Below, in pieces: positions 58,641-64,000 of a stretch of 64,000 nucleotides of DNA (the first letter of the stretch is position 1; each line of letters starts with the position of its first letter). The notes below the pieces were generated by a model that did not search any database, was not told the DNA's origin, and saw only the letters and a program-made list of their open reading frames with translations. This DNA is from Desulfatiglandales bacterium. GTDB taxonomy: Bacteria; Desulfobacterota; DSM-4660; Desulfatiglandales; HGW-15. The stretch spans positions 2,528,001 to 2,592,000 of the forward strand of contig CAXXJJ010000001.1 in the NCBI GenBank assembly GCA_963667015.2, read 5' to 3'. The position numbers were made by a program, and so were the translations under genes.

Positions 58641-59953
58641 TTTATCTGTAATCCTCTTTTCTTTTTTCCTGTTTTCAGCATTTCAATGAAAGCCTCTATT
58701 CTTGTCCTGAGTTGTTCAATATCTTCAGGGTTATAATCAGTCTCAACACGAAGCATAGGGATGCCCTGCTGTTTTAGTTCCTTTTCGAGCCTGAGAACCT
58801 CAAAGTCATATGAGATACAGCCCTTTAAAACATGATACAATACCCCGTCCACAGCAGAGTTATCTGCTATCCTTTGAACTATCCTTAACCGGTCATTGTT
58901 CGGGGCAAAGGAGGGACAGGTACACGGGGACATATAGCGGGAAGCAAGTCCGATCAATTGATCTCCCAGGTTGTTTTCCGTATTGCCAACCGGATCAGAA
59001 AGGTATCTGTCTCCTGCGCAGGACTCGTCATAAACAACTACTCCGCCCATCTCTTCTACAAGGTTTGATATTTTCATATTTGGAAAGATGGAAGGACTTC
59101 CTGCAATAAGTATCCTGGGTGTGTCTTCCCGGCATATTGAAGTCCCTCTGGCTGACCTTGTGGCAAGTTCACTGTTAAGGCGATTAAGGGCCTCTCTCCA
59201 TTTATCCGCCGGAGCATAGGCATATGAATTGATGACAGCAGTTGCCTGCCTGCCCCATATAGCCGGCGTTAATGATGCGCGTACGGATAAAAGTTTTCTT
59301 ATCTCGGCCTGTGCCCCGGCAACATCTTTTATAGCATTACCTAATCTTTGGACAGTTATTTTGCATTCTGAACTGGTTCTGGAGACATGTCTTTCTATTA
59401 AATTCTTCAATGCATATACCTGTTCAATCCAGATCTCCCTGGATAAGACTGCATCCTTGATATGCGGTACCTCCAGCATCCAGACATTTTTATATTCGGA
59501 AAGCTCTTCTCCCATTTTTCTTTTACAGTCGCAGGTTGTCGGGACTATTACAACATCGCACCGGTCAAAGATCTTCAGACCCTTTTGAACTGAAAATCCC
59601 ATGGCAGATTTTACCAGAGGGCAGGCGTCACGGGGAACCAGGTCTTCTCCATTCTGTGATGCATCAAATGAACCGGCGCAGAGCCTTACCGGTACAGCGC
59701 CTGCCGCATAAATCAGTTCTTCGGGAACAACCATACAGTAAACGCCTATAAAAACCGGATTCCTGTAATCCGGTTCAAATATTTTATCTGGTTCGTTCAG
59801 GACAAAAACCGATTCCATTATATCGTAAAAATAGTTAAGGGAGGCGGGGCTGTCCGGGATATTCCTAAGTTTTTCCAGTTCAATGACCGCATTTCCTGCA
59901 ACCTGCCTTAAAAAGCGCCTGCTTTTCTTTTCTTCTATGCTAATCTTATTCAT
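58637..59953 (-). CDS. 2-hydroxyacyl-CoA dehydratase-family / double-cubane-cluster-like protein, second copy
   Basis: GVYC.VVPEE, RLC, ACPLVKS, PTTCDCK, DESCAG, CTCP, LKGC and ETDY..ED.EQL.TRIEAF.E motifs. Confidence 0.88.
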   Translation of the reverse strand: MNKISIEEKKSRRFLRQVAGNAVIELEKLRNIPDSPASLNYFYDIMESVFVLNEPDKIFEPDYRNPVFIGVYCMVVPEELIYAAGAVPVRLCAGSFDASQNGEDLVPRDACPLVKSAMGFSVQKGLKIFDRCDVVIVPTTCDCKRKMGEELSEYKNVWMLEVPHIKDAVLSREIWIEQVYALKNLIERHVSRTSSECKITVQRLGNAIKDVAGAQAEIRKLLSVRASLTPAIWGRQATAVINSYAYAPADKWREALNRLNSELATRSARGTSICREDTPRILIAGSPSIFPNMKISNLVEEMGGVVVYDESCAGDRYLSDPVGNTENNLGDQLIGLASRYMSPCTCPSFAPNNDRLRIVQRIADNSAVDGVLYHVLKGCISYDFEVLRLEKELKQQGIPMLRVETDYNPEDIEQLRTRIEAFIEMLKTGKKKRGLQIK

Positions 59954-60701
59954 AGGTATAATAGAGATGAGATTTTAGATTGTTGTCAGCATCAAAGCCC
60001 TTTTTAATCATGGGCCTTCCAATATTATCCCTTGAAATGGTGGCTATGCTTTTAATCCTGAAATCTTTATCATAAGACTCTGTCTTTTCCAGTTTTCCTT
60101 CATCATTATAGATGTATTTTGTGCTTGATGAAACATCCCCTTCTGGAGTAATACTGTAATCCCGTACTCGCCTGTTATCTGTGTCGAAGATATAGAATTT
60201 TATATCGGTCAGAAAGCCTTTTGCATCAAGGCTTCGTTTCATTATCCGTTCACCGTCCTGGCTGTAGCAGTAAAAATGGGTTTTTGTTATAGTGCCTTCT
60301 GCATCTGTAACAGTCTCTTTAAAGGCAAGGTTATGATCATCATAAAAAAAAATATTAATACGGGTGACCTTTCCGTCTGCTGCCAGCTTTATCTTTTTTG
60401 TGAGGCGATTTTTATCTTCAAACCTGTAGTCGTATTTCAGTTTTACCTTTCCCTGTGAGTCATAGTGTGTTTTTTCTATGATGTCGCCCTTTTCATTACG
60501 TTTGATTTTTATTATTTTTTTTATCTGTCCCTTGCTGTCCTTGCTGATATAGCCTGTAAGTTCTTTGTCCCGGTAGGAATACATGCCAACCTGGGAAGAT
60601 ACCGGCCCTGCCTTATTAATCTCATCGCCTGAAGAAGGCGGGGCGGATAAAAAGCTTCCTAAAAGCATCATGGATATGTATGTTAAAAATCGATATTTCA
60701 T
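59946..60701 (-). CDS. Exported protein built from YD/RHS-like beta-hairpin repeats
   Basis: AAGGAG RBS and signal peptide. Periodic YDSQG, DAEG, DAKG, TPEG and YNDEG units. Confidence 0.65.
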   Translation of the reverse strand: MKYRFLTYISMMLLGSFLSAPPSSGDEINKAGPVSSQVGMYSYRDKELTGYISKDSKGQIKKIIKIKRNEKGDIIEKTHYDSQGKVKLKYDYRFEDKNRLTKKIKLAADGKVTRINIFFYDDHNLAFKETVTDAEGTITKTHFYCYSQDGERIMKRSLDAKGFLTDIKFYIFDTDNRRVRDYSITPEGDVSSSTKYIYNDEGKLEKTESYDKDFRIKSIATISRDNIGRPMIKKGFDADNNLKSHLYYTYE

Positions 60702-60814
60702 TTTATTTACTCCTTACAGAAAAATTATTTGATGTTTATTCTTATTTCTTGTCGTTAATTTTATTCACCATAAAGGATAAAAGTAAGTTTTGATCTTTTA
60801 TTGACATTCTATTA

Positions 60815-60888
60815 CTGGATTCCACGGTCAAGCCGTGGAATGACTGCCTGCCCTCATCGTTATTCTTCGACTTGACCGGAGAAACTAG
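60815..60888. repeat. Pair of REP-like palindromes
   Basis: CTGGATTCCACGGTCAAGCCGTGGAATGAC (60815-60844) and an inverted degenerate copy (60859-60888). Same family as the IS4 target. Confidence 0.7.
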
Positions 60889-61082
60889 TTGCTTTTAAGT
60901 GTCTCGCCCGCTTCGCCAGAGCTCTCTGAGTTCACAGCTAAAAACAAAAGACAAAAACGGTTTTAATTTATTTAAAATAATAAAATGCATTTGTCTTTCT
61001 CCGTGTTCTCTGCGGTCTCTGCGAGAGAAATGTTTTAAGTTATTATTTTTCTTGGCGTCCTTTGCGTCTTTGCGGTTCGGCT

Positions 61083-62012
61083 TTATTGCTTTTCCTTTTT
61101 ATTAAAAAAACCTTTAGCAGATGATTTGTAGATTGTTTTCCCAAGGTATGTTGCACTCAATGCGTCGTCTTCAGGGCAGTTCTCAACACATTTCAGGCAC
61201 AGCAAACAGTCTGCGGATGTTACATCTTTTTTTCCAATGGATTTATATACATCTTCGATATCAACAGGGCATGCGTTGTAACAGATTTCACAGCGTGTGC
61301 ATTTTGAATCATCCTTCTTTAATTTAAAAAAGCTGATCTTCCTGTACCAGGACATCATTAAGCCGAGCGGACAGAAGGTGCAGAAAAATCTGCGTTTAAT
61401 CATGGCACCTATTATGGTTATGGAAGAGAACGCAAGCCCAAGTGTGGATGTAACCAGGTTGGCAACACTGTTAAAGTTGACTGCTATTCTATCAGGATTC
61501 CCCACAATCAGCGGAAGAATGTATTTACCCGGACAGAGCTGGCAGTAGGGAATGTTTAGATTCAGGGCAGCGTAAGGACAGAAAAGGGGAAAGGCTACCC
61601 ATACCGGTATTAAAACAGCTATAGAGAAAAAGGTCCATTTTATCCAAGCAAGGCTTTGTACAAGCTTTGTTGAAAATCTTATATAGGAGATACTGAGCTT
61701 TGTCCTGATCCAGTCAAGCACATCCTGAAACAATCCAAGGGGGCATATCCATCCGCACCAGGCACGGCCGAGTATAATAACCAGGATTGAAAAATAGAAA
61801 AACCTTTCAAGAAATATCAGGGTACTGTCCCAGGTGAAGCTTGCTATGGTCTGCTGAAGAGTGAGCATAAAACATGTGCCTGCCCTTGCCCTCACATAGC
61901 AGCAGGAAAATGTCGGAATGAAATATCCGAAATAAAGCCCTGCATATGCACCGAATAAAAGAACAAAAAAGGATATAAAAAGGATTGTCCAGCGTAGATT
62001 TTTTATATTCAT
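61083..62012 (-). CDS. Membrane-bound 4Fe-4S binding protein, second copy
   Basis: WCGWICPLG, YCQLCP, FCTFCP, CTRCEICYNACP and CLLCLKCVENCP motifs, with TM helices. Confidence 0.87.
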   Translation of the reverse strand: MNIKNLRWTILFISFFVLLFGAYAGLYFGYFIPTFSCCYVRARAGTCFMLTLQQTIASFTWDSTLIFLERFFYFSILVIILGRAWCGWICPLGLFQDVLDWIRTKLSISYIRFSTKLVQSLAWIKWTFFSIAVLIPVWVAFPLFCPYAALNLNIPYCQLCPGKYILPLIVGNPDRIAVNFNSVANLVTSTLGLAFSSITIIGAMIKRRFFCTFCPLGLMMSWYRKISFFKLKKDDSKCTRCEICYNACPVDIEDVYKSIGKKDVTSADCLLCLKCVENCPEDDALSATYLGKTIYKSSAKGFFNKKEKQ

Positions 62013-62020
62013 GGCAACCC

Positions 62021-63079
62021 TTAGTTTATAGTCTGTTTTTCATAGACCGCAAGTTTGCGATTCTGCCGCTGTCTTTTTCTGATCCAGTATCCAGCAATAG
62101 TCAGAAGGATCATGGCAGTACCCGTGATGGACCAGAATATAAATCCTGTCGTTTTGGAGCGCCATTCAGGCCGGTTCTTATTGATTGTTACCGGAAAGGT
62201 GGTAATGTAATACTGATCTTTGTCAGTATCGTGATGAGTCGCAATATACAGGTAGTTCTGGAAATCTTTTGATCCTGATCGGTCATCTGTAGGCATTATT
62301 TCAATTATTCCTCTGCTATCGGTCACAAACGATTTACTCCATCCGCTTTCAATGGACATGACAGTAACTTTGGCGGATGCCAGAGGCTTTGCATTAAACT
62401 TAACCATCATTTTATATTCTCTGTGAACTGTCTGCGTTCCTCCACCATAACGGGATTTTGCCGTATTTATTACCGGACCTATCTCAAGAGGCATGAGATC
62501 AGGGTCATCAAAAAAGACAACCGAAGTGCTTCCTACATTGCCCCCATTTTTATAGTGAGGCACAAGATACTTGAGAGAAATATGGACTTCTTCTGGAGTG
62601 TTATCCATAACTATATCTTGCTCCTTTGAGGACAGATGAGCCCCCAGCAGATAACGACCTGCAAGGTTGATGTCTTCCGGAATAGATATATGTGTGCCAG
62701 TATCTGTTATGTCAGCGTTACCAGGATAAATTCTTCCGTTAGTATCCCGAATAAAAATATCACTCCCGGTTAAAAAGTCATCTTCTGAAAGAGTGAATAT
62801 TTCGTGAGTTTTTTTAAACTGTAATTCCGGAAATTGCAGTGTTTCAGATTCAAGTGTCTTTACACTGAATTTTTTGATTTCTTCCCTTGCAGCCCTGTAT
62901 GTTTTCTTTCGATCCCTGATTTCCCGCCAGTTCATACTTTCCAGTTCAGATGGGTATATATAATGTTCCTGGTTTTCTATCTGGAAAAAATATACAGGAA
63001 AACGGGTATCCGCAAGGGAATGAAAGGGAAAAAGGATGATGGAATGTAACAGCACAACTGTAACTGTAAATAATTTCAA
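62021..63079 (-). CDS. Exported, C-terminally membrane-anchored DUF4198-like protein
   Basis: Signal peptide. PLEIGP, FNAKPLASAKVTV and VTDSRG motifs. C-terminal TM helix and basic tail. Confidence 0.65.
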   Translation of the reverse strand: MKLFTVTVVLLHSIILFPFHSLADTRFPVYFFQIENQEHYIYPSELESMNWREIRDRKKTYRAAREEIKKFSVKTLESETLQFPELQFKKTHEIFTLSEDDFLTGSDIFIRDTNGRIYPGNADITDTGTHISIPEDINLAGRYLLGAHLSSKEQDIVMDNTPEEVHISLKYLVPHYKNGGNVGSTSVVFFDDPDLMPLEIGPVINTAKSRYGGGTQTVHREYKMMVKFNAKPLASAKVTVMSIESGWSKSFVTDSRGIIEIMPTDDRSGSKDFQNYLYIATHHDTDKDQYYITTFPVTINKNRPEWRSKTTGFIFWSITGTAMILLTIAGYWIRKRQRQNRKLAVYEKQTIN

Positions 63080-63435
63080 TTTAAAGATGTCCTTATGTAT
63101 TGCTGAATTTTAATGTTTTCCAAAGGGAAAAGGCAGCCAGGTACCTTGCTCCGGGTAGCAGGGGCGGGCACCCGGAAATACGCTGAATAAATTCATTCCG
63201 GATGCCCGACTTCGAAATTGTGTCATGTTGTTGTAATTGTAAATTAGCCTGAGCCATTCGTCACTTTTTTCAAAAACAATAGAGAGCAAATGACTGGTAA
63301 ATTACTGGGGTGAAACTCTGCTTTTAAAGGGAGGTTAAATATGCAGATTTCTCATTACAATAAAGATATAACACAATCCCTATCCCTGCATAATTTGCAA
63401 GAGGTGTTGTTATTAAAACACAAAAACAAATTCTC

Positions 63436-64000
63436 TTATTTTATTTCAAATGCAAGGGATGCGGTATATGAGTATTCATCAGCATCTTCTTTGTTTGGAT
63501 ATGGAGCTTTATGGTTTGCCTTGATAACCCATATGCCGGATTTAGTTATTTTTAATTTGCCCTCCCCTTTATCATCTGTTTTTTCAGTTAAAGCAAAGTC
63601 AGTACCTGTTGAGAACCCAACATAGGTGGCGTTGAATGATTCTGCTACAGGCTTTCCCTGGTATAAAACCTTAAATCTGAAATAATCACCTTCCTTAGTG
63701 TTTGCAGGATTTGTCAGCGGTATTATTTCAAGGGGAGCACCTACAGGTTTTTGGACAATATCATTCCCGGATGCATGTCCCACATTAATAATTGCTTTGC
63801 CATACATACCCAGGTAGCGCGAGTAAACAACATTTGTTAAACCTTTTCTTGACTGTCGCTTATATCCATCCGTGGTCTTGGTTGAAAAACCTTCCTTACG
63901 CTGAACCATGGCTATCCAGGTGCCCTCGGATAATTTGTCTGCTGATTCATACTGTATAATGTTTAAGGGTTTGATTTCGGACTTGTTTCCATCCGGATCG
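63436..64000 (-). CDS. DUF4198 (NikM/CbiL-related) domain protein, 5'-truncated by the window edge
   Basis: KPVGAPLEIIPLTNP...FRFKVLYQGKPV...TDDKG...G.W.IKA.H...YTASLAF. The frame stays open to the window end. Confidence 0.8.
   Translation of the reverse strand, partial: DPDGNKSEIKPLNIIQYESADKLSEGTWIAMVQRKEGFSTKTTDGYKRQSRKGLTNVVYSRYLGMYGKAIINVGHASGNDIVQKPVGAPLEIIPLTNPANTKEGDYFRFKVLYQGKPVAESFNATYVGFSTGTDFALTEKTDDKGEGKLKITKSGIWVIKANHKAPYPNKEDADEYSYTASLAFEIK

Noticed and set aside
59946..60701. RHS polymorphic toxin
   Set aside because: Far too short, with no DPxG core end, toxin domain or immunity gene.
63120..63340. Possible fourth riboswitch or ncRNA between the DUF4198 genes
   Set aside because: Only a simple hairpin (CGGGCACCCGGAA...TTCCGGATGCCCG) is visible, with no B12 box or other recognisable aptamer core.

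Overview
A 64 kb bacterial window, most likely from an anaerobic Gram-negative deltaproteobacterium such as Desulfobacterota (inferred from gene content). It has four blocks. (1) 1-8 kb: an arylsulfate sulfotransferase (ASST) cluster with a helix-hairpin-helix protein, a 951-aa internally duplicated exported protein, a YeiH-type exporter and a USP-like protein. A lipoprotein Zn-peptidase and potABCD follow. (2) 14-31 kb: a decaying defence/accessory island with brnTA, hsdM/rhuM/DUF1016 remnants, a ParB-DNA methyltransferase fusion split by a complete ISL3, an IS4/IS50-like element with a DUF4338-like N-terminal domain inserted into a REP hairpin, an intact Avs2-like nuclease-STAND protein and hicBA. 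(3) 31-42 kb: a Tat metallophosphoesterase, a third ASST, amn, cbiG, and nrdD-thioredoxin-like-nrdG behind putative tandem NrdR boxes plus a cobalamin riboswitch. (4) 42-64 kb: a cobalamin-linked region with two more B12 riboswitches, a BtuB-like receptor, cobO, a CobN-like chelatase and an ABC importer. It holds two paralogous copies of an unusual module: membrane-anchored DUF4198-like protein, membrane 4Fe-4S protein, double-cubane/dehydratase-like protein and ATP-dependent activase. That module is the best candidate for an undescribed system, possibly ATP-driven low-potential reduction in corrinoid or cobalt salvage. No rRNA, tRNA or CRISPR array was seen. All family calls come from motif recognition, not database searches.
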